Part shown: one piece after another, positions 23,125-34,000 of the stretch
Numbering within the stretch: the stretch's first letter is position 1
Layout: the number at the start of each line of letters is the position of its first letter
Translations under genes and position numbers: made by a program
Virus record (IMG/VR): IMGVR_UViG_3300031578_000178
Coordinates: 1 to 35,277 of that record
Strand: one strand, 5' to 3'
Length of the DNA stretch: 35,277 nt
Origin: a virus
Lineage: Duplodnaviria > Caudoviricetes
The notes under the pieces: model-generated
Seen by the model: the letters and a program-made list of their open reading frames with translations, nothing else
Databases searched by the model: none
Told to the model about the DNA's origin: nothing

Positions 23125-24507
23125 ATGGACGGAAAAATTAGAATCTTATTCTATAACCTTGACGGAGCAGGTGTAAACTACTTCAGAACACAAACACCAG
23201 CACAAGAACTGGAACGAAATCACAGCGATGAATTTTATGTGGAAATCAATCCACAAATCGACTTCAACGACCCCAAATTTTTTGACTATTTAAAAACATT
23301 TCATATCATACATTATCACCGTCAATTCTTAGGTGAAACTGCACAGATGTTGAAACTGGCAGAAGAATTAAGAAAATCGGGTACAATATTAATAGTAGAT
23401 ATTGATGACTACTGGAAACTACATAGACTTCATCCGTTCTATAATATGAGTAAGGAGAAACAAATGCATGTTCCAATCATCGAAAACCTAAAAATTGCTG
23501 ATTACGTTACTACAACAACCGATTTATTTGCGTCTGAGATTCGTAAAATAACTGGTAAAGATAATGTTGAGGTATTTTATAACAGCATTGACCCCAAGTG
23601 GATGAAACAGTTTCAAAACAACTGGAAGCCAGACCCAGACGGCTTGGTTAGAATCACATATATGGCAGGTAGTTCCCACATGGTTGACGTACAGCAACTC
23701 GAAGGCGTTGTAAATGTGTTGGAAGCTAATCCAAATACCAGAGGAAAATTTAAGATAATTATTGCTGGTTGGGACACTGAAGGCAGTACAACAGACATCA
23801 CATTCAATCAGGATTTCAGTGCTGAACTCCAGAAAAAGGGGTTGTGGACACATGAAGTCGTGAAAGCGATTAACAAATCAAGAGGTGATGTTGACCAGAT
23901 ACCAAAAATTTCGCAAGAACTGAAAGACAAGTATAGGGATAAGGTATTTGATAGTAACCAAAGAGATATACAATCCGAAGAAAGTGTTTATCTTGTTTAT
24001 GAAAAACTCCTGACTAATAATCATAAGTTGATTGATACTCCAGATTATCTACAATGGCTCATGAATTTCGAGAGAAACGTTAAATATGAAAACGAAGGGA
24101 ATTTCGGCAGACGTTGGACACAGAAAGCCAACACTTATGCACAGGTACTTGATGAAACAGATATCGTACTTGCACCACTTGCCGATAACGAGTTTAACAG
24201 GATGAAATCTAACTTAAAACAAGTCGAGTGCTGGACAAGGAAACTCCCAATTGTTTGTAGTGACATTCCACCATATAATGTACATGGTAGACATATGGAG
24301 AACTGCGTGTTGATTCGTTCAGAGAAAAACGCACATAAATACTGGCATAAGTATTTGAAAAGACTTATATTAGATGCCGACTTGAGAAAACAACTTGGTG
24401 AACAATTATATGAAGATTTTAAAGAAGAATATAACTTGGAATTCGTTACAAAAAAGCGTGCAGAATTTTATAAATCAGTGGTCTTAAAGGGGTTAGAAGT
24501 TCAATAA
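23125..24507 (+). CDS. GT-B fold glycosyltransferase (GT4-like), 460 aa
   Basis: GVNYFR...P, VDIDDYW, ADYVTTTT, DIVLAPLADNEFNRMKSNLKQVE, PIVCSDIPPY, LRKQLGEQL. Confidence 0.8.
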   Translation: MDGKIRILFYNLDGAGVNYFRTQTPAQELERNHSDEFYVEINPQIDFNDPKFFDYLKTFHIIHYHRQFLGETAQMLKLAEELRKSGTILIVDIDDYWKLHRLHPFYNMSKEKQMHVPIIENLKIADYVTTTTDLFASEIRKITGKDNVEVFYNSIDPKWMKQFQNNWKPDPDGLVRITYMAGSSHMVDVQQLEGVVNVLEANPNTRGKFKIIIAGWDTEGSTTDITFNQDFSAELQKKGLWTHEVVKAINKSRGDVDQIPKISQELKDKYRDKVFDSNQRDIQSEESVYLVYEKLLTNNHKLIDTPDYLQWLMNFERNVKYENEGNFGRRWTQKANTYAQVLDETDIVLAPLADNEFNRMKSNLKQVECWTRKLPIVCSDIPPYNVHGRHMENCVLIRSEKNAHKYWHKYLKRLILDADLRKQLGEQLYEDFKEEYNLEFVTKKRAEFYKSVVLKGLEVQ

Positions 24508-24519
24508 TTTCATAGCGGA

Positions 24520-24528
24520 GTATTTATT
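24520..24528 (+). promoter_or_regulatory. Putative late promoter GTATTTATT
   Basis: Motif 38 nt before the ATG at 24558. Confidence 0.55.
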
Positions 24529-24557
24529 AAAAATAATTACATATTAAAACAAAAATT

Positions 24558-25037
24558 ATGAAAATATTTAAGAGAATACGAAAATGGTTTAACAAGAATT
24601 TCTTGTCAAAATATTTGGTTACATATCACCCTGCTTTTCTGAGTTTAGTTGAAGAGATTGAAATTAAATTGAGTGATGACAGGAGGAACAAGAAAGCCAA
24701 GGAAATCATGAAAATGATTAATAGCAGTCAATATAAAAGATTTTTTTATCGTGCCGTTAATTACAACCCAGCAGTTCCTGAACTACCCGAAACACCGCTT
24801 TCATTTGGTGATAGAGTCAAAATTTTTGTTTCGAAAATTCACATTTTTCTTTTCCGAAGGGATATTTATAAAAAATTACAACTCTTCAAGAGAATTTCAG
24901 AGGAATTTGTTGAGAGAGAAAAGAAAATTAATAAATATATGAAACAAACCAGTGTTGGGGAAAGAATTGAAAGGGCGGTAGAATTAGGTGTTATTAGTAA
25001 GGAAACACAGGAATTGATTTTCGCAAGAGAAGAATAA
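24558..25037 (+). CDS. Hypothetical basic protein (159 aa)
   Basis: Clean ORF; amphipathic basic N-terminus (MKIFKRIRKWF). Confidence 0.75.
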   Translation: MKIFKRIRKWFNKNFLSKYLVTYHPAFLSLVEEIEIKLSDDRRNKKAKEIMKMINSSQYKRFFYRAVNYNPAVPELPETPLSFGDRVKIFVSKIHIFLFRRDIYKKLQLFKRISEEFVEREKKINKYMKQTSVGERIERAVELGVISKETQELIFAREE

Positions 25038-25038
25038 T

Positions 25039-25947
25039 ATGAAAAAATTCTTTCAAAATATCATACTTTGGCTTTATCTCAAGTTTCACATGATAATGGT
25101 TGCTATCAGCATTGCATTATTTAATACCGAACAAGAGATTCTTAAAGCCGACCCCAATGATTTGGATGAGAGAAATAATCACACCCAGAGAATGCGTAGC
25201 AGGAATCAATTGCTTGAGAAGTTTTATGCTGGTCAGACTGATGAGAAGTACGTCAAGGATTATTACGAAGTTCTGAAAAAAGCCGATAAGTTTATTAGAA
25301 CCGCAACACCACGTCAAATGGCTGTTGCTGCCGATAAACATGGTACGAGTTACGGCATGAAAGACCGTTACGGCAGACGATATGAACACTATGGATTCTT
25401 CGATGACAAACATAAACATGTTGGCAAAACCCTTGGTGAAGTACTTGCTTTGGAATTCGAAGAGAGGCGCACCAAGGATGACGATTTGGAAATAATGTAC
25501 ATTTTTAACAACAAACCAATTGAAGTTGGTCTGGCTAAAGTTATGGATGTCGTTGAAAGAAAAGAAGGTACTCTGGATGAATATGAAGTCCTTGACATAG
25601 AGAAGAAATCAAAACAGTTTCAGTTTCCAATTAATGTAATGCGTGAAAATGAAGCTGTAAATAAAATTGAGGAACTCAGCGAGTTTCTGCACATAAAAAA
25701 AATTGGTTTCGAGTACAGACAATTAGAATTTTTCATACCCTTGAAATTCAAAACATCAGAACTCGATGATGATTCCGATATTTTTAAAGAAATTATTAAT
25801 ATCCAACAACTGTTTATTCGTGATGAATACGGTACTTTAATTGGATTCGGAATCGATAAATATTTTAAAAGAATAAATTATAACGATACTCATGAAGTGC
25901 TGAAATTCAATGGAATTGAAATGCAGACAATGGGTATACCAAATTAA
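25039..25947 (+). CDS. Hypothetical protein (302 aa) with possible N-terminal membrane anchor
   Basis: Hydrophobic N-terminus IILWLYLKFHMIMVAISIALF; remainder soluble. Confidence 0.75.
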   Translation: MKKFFQNIILWLYLKFHMIMVAISIALFNTEQEILKADPNDLDERNNHTQRMRSRNQLLEKFYAGQTDEKYVKDYYEVLKKADKFIRTATPRQMAVAADKHGTSYGMKDRYGRRYEHYGFFDDKHKHVGKTLGEVLALEFEERRTKDDDLEIMYIFNNKPIEVGLAKVMDVVERKEGTLDEYEVLDIEKKSKQFQFPINVMRENEAVNKIEELSEFLHIKKIGFEYRQLEFFIPLKFKTSELDDDSDIFKEIINIQQLFIRDEYGTLIGFGIDKYFKRINYNDTHEVLKFNGIEMQTMGIPN

Positions 25948-25958
25948 AAACAAACAAA

Positions 25959-26432
25959 ATGAGTGATTTTTTAGAAAACCTGAAGAAAGCAGCAGATAAC
26001 GGAGAATTCAATTCCGAAGCAGCAAAAAAAATACTTGAAGTCCACGAATTGGCTGACAGTAAATTAGGTGCTGGTACACCAGCAGACCTTGAAAAATTAA
26101 AAGAAAGTCTTGAAAAGCGTTACGAAGAGGGTAAAAACTCTGAAGAAGTTAAAGAGACTAAAGTAGTTACTGAAAAAGAAGTGCTTGAACTCAATTCTGA
26201 GTATGAGAAGAAAATGGAACAGATTAAGAAACTGGATATCGTTAACGCACAACTGGCAACACTAATTGAAATCGAAGACATGGTTAAATTAAGTATTGAA
26301 GACATGTTTAGTTTCACTGATGAACTCGAAGCCAAGTTTGAGAAAGAACTCGAAGCTGAAGACCCAATGTTTGGTGACCTGTCTCAAAAAATCGAACAAA
26401 TTAAATCGAAGTATAATTCCATTATTAATTAA
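25959..26432 (+). CDS. Hypothetical acidic coiled-coil protein (157 aa)
   Basis: Glu/Lys/Leu-rich heptad-like sequence. Confidence 0.75.
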   Translation: MSDFLENLKKAADNGEFNSEAAKKILEVHELADSKLGAGTPADLEKLKESLEKRYEEGKNSEEVKETKVVTEKEVLELNSEYEKKMEQIKKLDIVNAQLATLIEIEDMVKLSIEDMFSFTDELEAKFEKELEAEDPMFGDLSQKIEQIKSKYNSIIN

Positions 26433-26469
26433 AAAGAACCCAATAAAAACAGTTTAGACAAATTAAGAC

Positions 26470-26502
26470 AAATCCCGACAAACATTTTGTCGGGATTTTT
26501 TT
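26470..26502 (+). terminator. Intrinsic terminator
   Basis: AATCCCGACAAA-CAT-TTTGTCGGGATT hairpin followed by a T-run. Confidence 0.85.
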
Positions 26503-26510
26503 CTTTATTA

Positions 26511-26519
26511 GTATTTATA
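26511..26519 (+). promoter_or_regulatory. Putative late promoter GTATTTATA heading the baseplate operon
   Basis: Motif 23 nt before the ATG at 26534, directly after a terminator. Confidence 0.65.
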
Positions 26520-26533
26520 GGAAATCAATTATA

Positions 26534-26932
26534 ATGAATTCATATAATATTACATTTCCGTTTAGAGACGATAACGAAACCAATAGTTATGTTCTAATGA
26601 ATACCGTAACTAAGGATTCGTATAGTTCAAACCTACTGTTACTTTTATTGACTCAAAAGGGTGAAAGATATTATGAGCCAGATTATGGCACAAATTTATT
26701 AAAATATGTTTTTGAACCCAATGACTCTTTGACGGCAGCAGATGTTGAAGAAGAAATTCGAAATACTGTTTCATTATATATTCCAGAAGTTAAAATTAGT
26801 TCAGTAACATTCAATTGGGATAATAATGAAGAAGGACACCCAATTAATGAAAATCAACTAAATGTAAATGTTCAATTCGTATATGTTGAGGGTTCATTAA
26901 CGGAACAAGGAAATATTGACTTAAATTTTTAA
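26534..26932 (+). CDS. Baseplate wedge / sheath-initiator protein, T4 gp25 (GPW_gp25)-like
   Basis: LLLTQKGERYYEPDYGTNL-x-x-YVFEP...I...V..YIPEV signature. Confidence 0.88.
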   Translation: MNSYNITFPFRDDNETNSYVLMNTVTKDSYSSNLLLLLLTQKGERYYEPDYGTNLLKYVFEPNDSLTAADVEEEIRNTVSLYIPEVKISSVTFNWDNNEEGHPINENQLNVNVQFVYVEGSLTEQGNIDLNF

Positions 26933-26942
26933 AATATAAAAC

Positions 26943-28793
26943 ATGGCAACTGATGTAACAACAAATGTAGTTCAATACGGAAGCAGAACTTTCGGGGAAA
27001 TTAGGGCAGACCTGATTTCATTAATTAGACAAATGTATCCAGAAGTTCTCTCAGACTTCACGGATTCAAGTGTCGGTGCAATGCTTATCGACTTAAATGC
27101 TGGTGTGGGTAATAACCTCAGTATTAATACCGATAGAGCATTTCAAGAAACTCAATTGGAATATGCGCAACAAAGAGCAAGTATTCTAAATATTGCCAAG
27201 AACATGGGATTTAATGTCCCAGCAAGAAGACCAAGCGTTACCGTTATTGATTTTAGTGTTATTGTTCCTGTACTTGGTAATGCCCCTGATGCCAGTTATT
27301 ATCCTGTATTGGAAAGCGGTGCGCAAGTACTTGGTGGTGGCAAAACATTTGAAACACAATCAATTATTGATTGGAGTACCGCCATTAGTAGTCTTGGTGA
27401 CCCTAATCGCAGTATTGTTCCAAATCTGGACACAAACGGTATACCTGTTAGTTATACCGTTACAAAAAGAGAGGTTGTTATAAATGGTGGGACAAGTGTT
27501 TTTAAAAAAATTATTAATACCAGTGATGTTATCCCATTTTTCTCACTCACGTTGCCCGACCCAGATGTTATTGAAATTGAAAGCATTATACTTTTAGAAG
27601 GTACGAACTATAATATAAATCCAGATACAGGAGATTTTAATGACATCAATAGTAGATATTTTGAGGTTGATTATCTGGCACAACAACGTGTTTTTGTTGA
27701 AGATGGTTTGGGTTCAAGTGCAAACACAACAACAAATAATATCAAGGCAGCGACATGGATTGATATTACGAAAAAATTCATAAAAGAATACACACCCAAA
27801 GGTTTTTGTAGACTAACTTTTGGTTCTGGTGATAGCGATGTGAATGCGTTTCAAGAAGGGTTCTTAAAAGAAGGTGTTAGTAATCGCTATTTTCTTGAGA
27901 ACTTCTTAAATAACACGGCTTTGGGTGAGAAACTGAAAGCGAATTACACTTTGTTTGTTAAATACAGAACTGGTGGTGGTGTGAGTTCCAATATTGGTTC
28001 GAATGTACTAACACAGCTTGGTTCATACAGTTTAAAAGTTTTTGGTTCTCGCCAAGATGTAAATCAACAGGTTCAGAGAAGTCTGAAAACAACAAATCCA
28101 ATTCCAGCCATTGGTGGGAATGATGGTTTAAGTACTGAACAAATCAGACAACTGGTTAAATATAACTTCAGTGCCCAGCAAAGAGATGTAACGCTTACTG
28201 ATTATTTGTTGCAGATATACAAGATGCCCGGGAAGTTCGGTTCACCATTTCGTGCGAATGCTTTCAAAATAAATAATAAGGTAGTTATTCCAATTCTGGA
28301 TATCGGTGCTGATGGTAAACTGGATAACACAAGTAATTCATTATTACAATCAAATATTGCTGAATACCTAACACAGTATCGAATGATTAACGATTATATT
28401 GAAATTAAAAATGGTAAGATTTTTAATCTGGCGTTTGAAATCGATGTATATGTCGAGAACACCGCAGATAATCAAATCGCCAATAGCATAATTTCAATAG
28501 TTACTGAGTCACTTGACATTAATAATCATGAAATGAATCAAGATGTTTTTCTTGGTAGACTTCAGAAGGAGATTTTGAGTGCAAATGGTGTGATAAACGT
28601 TATTAGTATTAAAGTATTTAATAAAGTTGGTGGTCAGTATTCAAACAATACCGTCACACAACCAATATCTAATACCAGTACTGGTGAAATAAATATAGAA
28701 AATAACACGATTTATTCAACACAGGATTCGATGTTTGAAATCAAATATCCTTCCAAAGATATTAAGGTGTTACTGAGAAAGAATGTTACTTAA
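26943..28793 (+). CDS. Baseplate wedge protein, T4 gp6 / baseplate J-like (616 aa)
   Basis: DF...S.G.MLIDL.A...D....E..L..AQQRASI..IA..MG(F/Y), YRTGGG..SN, A.GG.D..S.EQIR, Q.R.VT..DY; follows the gp25-like gene. Confidence 0.85.
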   Translation: MATDVTTNVVQYGSRTFGEIRADLISLIRQMYPEVLSDFTDSSVGAMLIDLNAGVGNNLSINTDRAFQETQLEYAQQRASILNIAKNMGFNVPARRPSVTVIDFSVIVPVLGNAPDASYYPVLESGAQVLGGGKTFETQSIIDWSTAISSLGDPNRSIVPNLDTNGIPVSYTVTKREVVINGGTSVFKKIINTSDVIPFFSLTLPDPDVIEIESIILLEGTNYNINPDTGDFNDINSRYFEVDYLAQQRVFVEDGLGSSANTTTNNIKAATWIDITKKFIKEYTPKGFCRLTFGSGDSDVNAFQEGFLKEGVSNRYFLENFLNNTALGEKLKANYTLFVKYRTGGGVSSNIGSNVLTQLGSYSLKVFGSRQDVNQQVQRSLKTTNPIPAIGGNDGLSTEQIRQLVKYNFSAQQRDVTLTDYLLQIYKMPGKFGSPFRANAFKINNKVVIPILDIGADGKLDNTSNSLLQSNIAEYLTQYRMINDYIEIKNGKIFNLAFEIDVYVENTADNQIANSIISIVTESLDINNHEMNQDVFLGRLQKEILSANGVINVISIKVFNKVGGQYSNNTVTQPISNTSTGEINIENNTIYSTQDSMFEIKYPSKDIKVLLRKNVT

Positions 28794-29059
28794 TGGAAAT
28801 ACTGAAAAAAACAATATTACAAGCAGTAATTATGGGTTCTAATGTTACAGGTGGGACAATCATTATACCTGATTTATCAGCAGTATATTTCATTAAAATT
28901 GGGTTGAAGCAATTTGCTCATGATTTAGGTTTTTTTACACCATATAGTGAACCACCAGAACCAATACCACCAATACCACCAGTAGAAACGTTTTATCTGG
29001 TGGATAGTGCAAGTAATCCATTCGTAGATAATAATGACGATAACTTTATATATGAATAA
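28793..29059 (+). CDS. Hypothetical protein (88 aa) with Pro-rich linker
   Basis: TAATG overlap with the upstream gene; EPPEPIPPIPP. Confidence 0.65.
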   Translation: MEILKKTILQAVIMGSNVTGGTIIIPDLSAVYFIKIGLKQFAHDLGFFTPYSEPPEPIPPIPPVETFYLVDSASNPFVDNNDDNFIYE

Positions 29060-29071
29060 ATATTAATAATT

Positions 29072-29569
29072 ATGGCAGACAAGAAATTATTTGAATTACT
29101 ATTAGGAACACCCGCTACCAGCGATAAGATTGCTTTCGGTAAGGCTGGGACTACCTATAAAAATATTACCTATGGTGATTTAAAGAATATGATAATTGCT
29201 GGAATACCAACACCATATGTACCAGAATTCTTAACAAAAGTAGTGAACATTACTAATTTTGACATGTCTGGAACTGGAGAAAAGACTAAAGATGTTGATT
29301 TAGGTGTTGATAGGTCTAAAATTAGAAGTTGTGTAGTACTTATACGTTCGAATGACGGTGGTTTATATCCATTGTCAATGCCATCAGGTAATAACGAGAC
29401 AAAATCATATTGGTTCATAAGGCAAGAGTCTACATATGCAAGCAATGCCAGAGTTCATATATATTCTGACGCAAGAGTCGGAGGGTCATCATTTTTCGAC
29501 CAAGGCGCATTTGATGGTAATGGTACTGGAGGAATTAGAGGGTATATTTACGTTACTTATTTGCCTTAA
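29072..29569 (+). CDS. Hypothetical virion-associated protein (165 aa)
   Basis: MADKK-type N-terminus and beta-rich C-terminus ending RGYIYVTY; inside the baseplate cluster. Confidence 0.7.
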   Translation: MADKKLFELLLGTPATSDKIAFGKAGTTYKNITYGDLKNMIIAGIPTPYVPEFLTKVVNITNFDMSGTGEKTKDVDLGVDRSKIRSCVVLIRSNDGGLYPLSMPSGNNETKSYWFIRQESTYASNARVHIYSDARVGGSSFFDQGAFDGNGTGGIRGYIYVTYLP

Positions 29570-29655
29570 ATAATATAATATGAAGAATGAAATATCTTAA
29601 AATATGAGAATGAGATAATGGAGAATTCAGAATTGTTGGATAAAATAATGGTATA

Positions 29656-30093
29656 ATGATAACAGGAGCGACAGATAATAGCAGATTAGCCGAGTTGAAA
29701 AAGTACGCAGTCGGTGTACCTTTCACTGAGCAATATGTTGGTGGTGGGGGTTGGTGGAATGATGGCGTTGACTACCCTAATTCACCAGTTATTGAAGATG
29801 TTATTTATTTTTTAGGTGGCATCAGATATCATGATATTACATTAATTGACGGCACATCAACAACATTTATTTATTTTCCAAGAAATACTGGAAATTTTAT
29901 TGATGAACAATATATAAAAAACCCAAATAAGGAAAAAATAATAAGTAACCCTAAAATCTTTGACGATGTATTTATAATCAGAGATAAATTATCAGCATTT
30001 AATAATAATTATAGATTGGAATACATTACAAATTTACCAGACCTAACCACATATGCTGGTGGGAAATATTTTAAGATAGTAAATAACACATAA
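29656..30093 (+). CDS. Hypothetical protein (145 aa) in the baseplate cluster
   Basis: Clean ORF abutting the next gene. Confidence 0.7.
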   Translation: MITGATDNSRLAELKKYAVGVPFTEQYVGGGGWWNDGVDYPNSPVIEDVIYFLGGIRYHDITLIDGTSTTFIYFPRNTGNFIDEQYIKNPNKEKIISNPKIFDDVFIIRDKLSAFNNNYRLEYITNLPDLTTYAGGKYFKIVNNT

Positions 30094-30094
30094 G

Positions 30095-31003
30095 ATGGCA
30101 GTAGGAATTTATGGCACAACAAGACCCGCAGATGTAAGCGTTGATGATATCGATGTTTATTATAATTATACTCCAAACAGGGAAACTCTCAATAATTTTA
30201 TTTATAAGTTAAATTCTTCAGAGATTTTAAGTTATAATTATCTTACAGAAGACGAACAAATTGTTGGTTATGACGAAAATCTTTTAGAAGGTCTTTATAA
30301 CCTGAGACTACCAGCAACGGTTTTTGGACAATTAGGAATTTATACAATATATCTTAAACCAAAAAAGATTTATTCAACCATTGTTGATTGTAGTGTATTG
30401 TCCTCGTTGCCAAGTGTTAAAGGAATTGTACTCGATGCCAACCAATTACCTGAAGGTCTGAGAGCAAATAATGCATTGCAAGGCTATCGTATAGAATACG
30501 TTGATAGTACAACCAATAATAAAATAAGAAATGTGGTTCGTTATGTAGTAACAGCAAATAAAGTTGTTCCAGTTAGTGAGAACGTTGGAAACACAAGTCA
30601 GAAAGCAATTAGATATAGATTTGATGATACAGGTACACTGCTTTTCGTACAGGTTACGCCAAGTAGTTCAAGTGATGTGAAACCAAATGCGTCTCCATTT
30701 ATCGGAAACCCAGACCAAATGATTATAATCTCGAATACTTTCTTCTCACCACTCGTAATTGAAGTCGATATGGTTCAGAATACCATCGATACGCTTACAA
30801 GTTATGTTGCTGGTGAACAAATTAAGGACGTTGATAACGGAATATTAACCTATTACGATGAAAATAGGGTAATCACAAGACAGTTTAATATCTATGAAAT
30901 CAAGGATGATGTTAACGATGTTCCACTGTATGAAGTTAAGGAAAAAAGAACGAATATTGACGAAACTCAGGACTTTGATGAGGTTACTGGTGATGTTCAA
31001 TAA
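30095..31003 (+). CDS. Hypothetical structural protein (302 aa) in the baseplate cluster
   Basis: Beta-rich clean ORF followed by a terminator; exact GTATTTATA at 29968-29976 inside the upstream gene. Confidence 0.75.
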   Translation: MAVGIYGTTRPADVSVDDIDVYYNYTPNRETLNNFIYKLNSSEILSYNYLTEDEQIVGYDENLLEGLYNLRLPATVFGQLGIYTIYLKPKKIYSTIVDCSVLSSLPSVKGIVLDANQLPEGLRANNALQGYRIEYVDSTTNNKIRNVVRYVVTANKVVPVSENVGNTSQKAIRYRFDDTGTLLFVQVTPSSSSDVKPNASPFIGNPDQMIIISNTFFSPLVIEVDMVQNTIDTLTSYVAGEQIKDVDNGILTYYDENRVITRQFNIYEIKDDVNDVPLYEVKEKRTNIDETQDFDEVTGDVQ

Positions 31004-31023
31004 GATATTTAAATTAAATCGAG

Positions 31024-31059
31024 AAAATCCCAACTCATTAGATTGGGATTTTTCTTTTT
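31024..31059 (+). terminator. Intrinsic terminator
   Basis: AAAATCCCAA-(9 nt)-TTGGGATTTT hairpin followed by a T-rich tract. Confidence 0.75.
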
Positions 31060-31062
31060 ATC

Positions 31063-31071
31063 GTATTTATA
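31063..31071 (+). promoter_or_regulatory. Putative late promoter GTATTTATA
   Basis: Motif 23 nt before the GTG at 31086, directly after a terminator. Confidence 0.65.
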
Positions 31072-31085
31072 GTAAATCATAAACT

Positions 31086-34000
31086 GTGGCAAAGGTAAAA
31101 GTAGTAAAAACAAATCTTAATGGGAATCTAAATGGGGATTATTTTAATGATACGCCTTCCAATACTATATTTTCATTTGGAAAATTTTTCGTTACCACAA
31201 ACTTCGATAATAAAGTAACTATTAACTACACGGATTCCCTGAGTTCTTTTGTTCGTCCAGTTACATTAGAAACTATGGGTGTTTCAGAAACTCAGTCTGA
31301 AATAATCCAATTATACACAACAAATGCCGTATTGAATCTCGACAAGTCAGACTTAAATACATTTGTTAGATATGGTTCGGCATATGAATTTCTACGAGTA
31401 TCGATTCAGAATATCATCCTTGCGTACCCGGGCTCGTTATTCTGTAATTCACAAATAGATGCTGGTGGTAATCCAACATATGAAGAACTCAGTTATGATG
31501 TAATTAATAATGTCTCAACATTCTATGTACCAACGGCATATACAACAAATACTTTTGGATTGGTTTTCAATGCAGGTAATACCAGTGTGCCAGATGACAA
31601 CGAATTGAAGAATCTCAATACGTCATATGAAAATTATGTGATTTGGTCGAGTCTTGAACCAGATACTTTATTTAAAATTATTGGATATACTGGAAATACA
31701 ATAAATGTAGCCAACACTAATCCAAGTGGAATTACGAAAAATTATTTAAGACTACAAGTTACTGGAAATCCATTTGCGAAGATGGGAACAGGAAGCACTG
31801 CCAATCTTGATTATCATATTAGACCAAATAATGTTGTTTTTGAAGAATTCCGAGCATTACGTAATGCTTACGAAAAGAATATTGTTTCACAAAGGGATGG
31901 AACAAATGGATTTGTCTTTACACTAAAAGACCCAACATTACTTGAAGACGGTAAAATTGTATATGCGGATTCACTGATGCTTTGGACAACTGGTGATAAA
32001 TATAATATCGATATTAGCAATTCCGCTTATCAGAAATTCTTGAAAATAGTATTAACAATTGGCGTTAAATATGATAAAATTAAAACGGATTTGATTGCAA
32101 GATTTCTGACCCCAGCATCACTTAAAACATACGACCTTACCGAAGAAGGTAAAACATCTAAACTTTTAAGAGTTTATGGTAGAGAATTTGACCAAATCAG
32201 ACAATTTATCGACTCATTGGTTAATATTAATAAAGTAACATACGACAAACTAAACAATATTCCAGACCAAGTGATTAAAAATATGGCAAACACTTTTGGT
32301 TGGGATTATTTTTCTCTGATAAAGGAAAGTGAATTAGTTGAAAGTTTTTTAACTGTTGATGATACGGAAAGAAACCTGAATGAAAACCTATTACCAGCAG
32401 AAATTGATGTTGAACTCTGGAGACGAATCATAAATAATACCAGCTATTTCTGGAAGTCCAAAGGTACTCGTCAGGCGATAAAATCAATGTTCCTGTTAAT
32501 TGGGATACCTGAACCTTTTATAAATATTACGGAATACGTATATACTGTTGATGGAAAAATAAATCCTAACACAGTACCACTGACTCAAGACGATTTTCCA
32601 TCGAACTCATTACCGTATGACACAAGTGGTTATCCCGTTGCACCACTGGAGACAAATGATTTCTTTTTTCAACTCAGTGGTAATACTGATAGTGGTCAGG
32701 CATATCTTGATGTATTCCGTTCGGCTGGCTTCAACCTCAAACAAACACCTGATAATAAAAAATCGTGGATTCAAACAGGTGCAACTACAAGGGTTCATTA
32801 CAGCACCCCACAATATTATCAGGAAGACAGTAAACTCGTGATTAACACAAAAGAAGTGGATATCGCTCTTGATACCGCACGTGGTATCGAGTATGATGTT
32901 TATGAATATATTCAAAAAGACTTTGCTGCCAATTCAAGTGGTTATACGTTACCATATTCATATGTTAATATTTCATTGGGAGTTGGTGCATCACAAACAA
33001 CATTTCCATTACCTGCAAAAACACAAGGCGATTTTGAAGTTCGTTATAATGGTATTTTATTAAATGCACCTAAAACTGGAACGACTACAGGTATTACCTA
33101 TCAAGCAGATTATAGTGTTGATTATAATGCAAATACCTTTACATTACTCACTGGAACAGCAATTAATTCAGGAAATCGAAGAGATGTTATACAGGCAACA
33201 TATGTTTATTCGGGTGGAACTGCCGTTACGGGAATCACCATCCAATATATTGTGACTCGTGTTAAGGCACAACTAAGTGGAACATATGTTCCGTTACCCA
33301 GCTATCCACGTGGTGATGTGCAGGTTACCATTAATGGTATTGCACTTACTAAAGGAACGTCTCAATTTGTTGCCGATTATATTCTTGACCCAGCAAATTC
33401 AACTGGTGGGACAAATCAAATTATTATTCAGAACCCTGATGTTATTTCATATTTAAATGCGAACCCAGATATCCAAATTTCATATATGGAAGTTCAGGGT
33501 AGTAATGACATTAATTTAAGGAGTGAGGTTATCAGAGTTGATAGTTTCAGCAGCAGTAAGATTTATTTCAATAATAGTGCGAACAAATACGTTTATAAAC
33601 TTAATTATAAAGTAAATCAGGCAAGTGATGTTAAATTCCTTATTGACGGAATCGCTTTAGAACCAATTACTGATTACAATATTAACGTACAGAATCCCTA
33701 TGAAGTGTTCTTACCGAAAGGCATTAGATTTGGTACTGTAATTAGTGCATATTATCTCGTTGGGGGTAGTGGGGCATTTGACCCCGTTGTTAATGACGCA
33801 TTTGGTCTTGGCGACATAAGCCAATTGTCGTTTTTGGAATTCATTGAATTGATTCAGAGAAAAATGATTAATGCCAGAAACAGAAAAACTGTCACGGATT
33901 TCAAGGGTGGTTGGTATCCAACATTGTTGGCAATTTATGAAACCTATTTAAAAAGAGCATTGCTCCCAGATAGTAATCCATTACAATCAAATGGTTACAC

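Noticed and set aside
28793-30093. 28793-29059 and 29656-30093 as halves of one gene split by insertion of 29072-29569; ATG-rich spacer at 29570-29655
   Set aside because: Plausible but unsupported without homologue alignments; no target duplication or mobile-element signature is visible.
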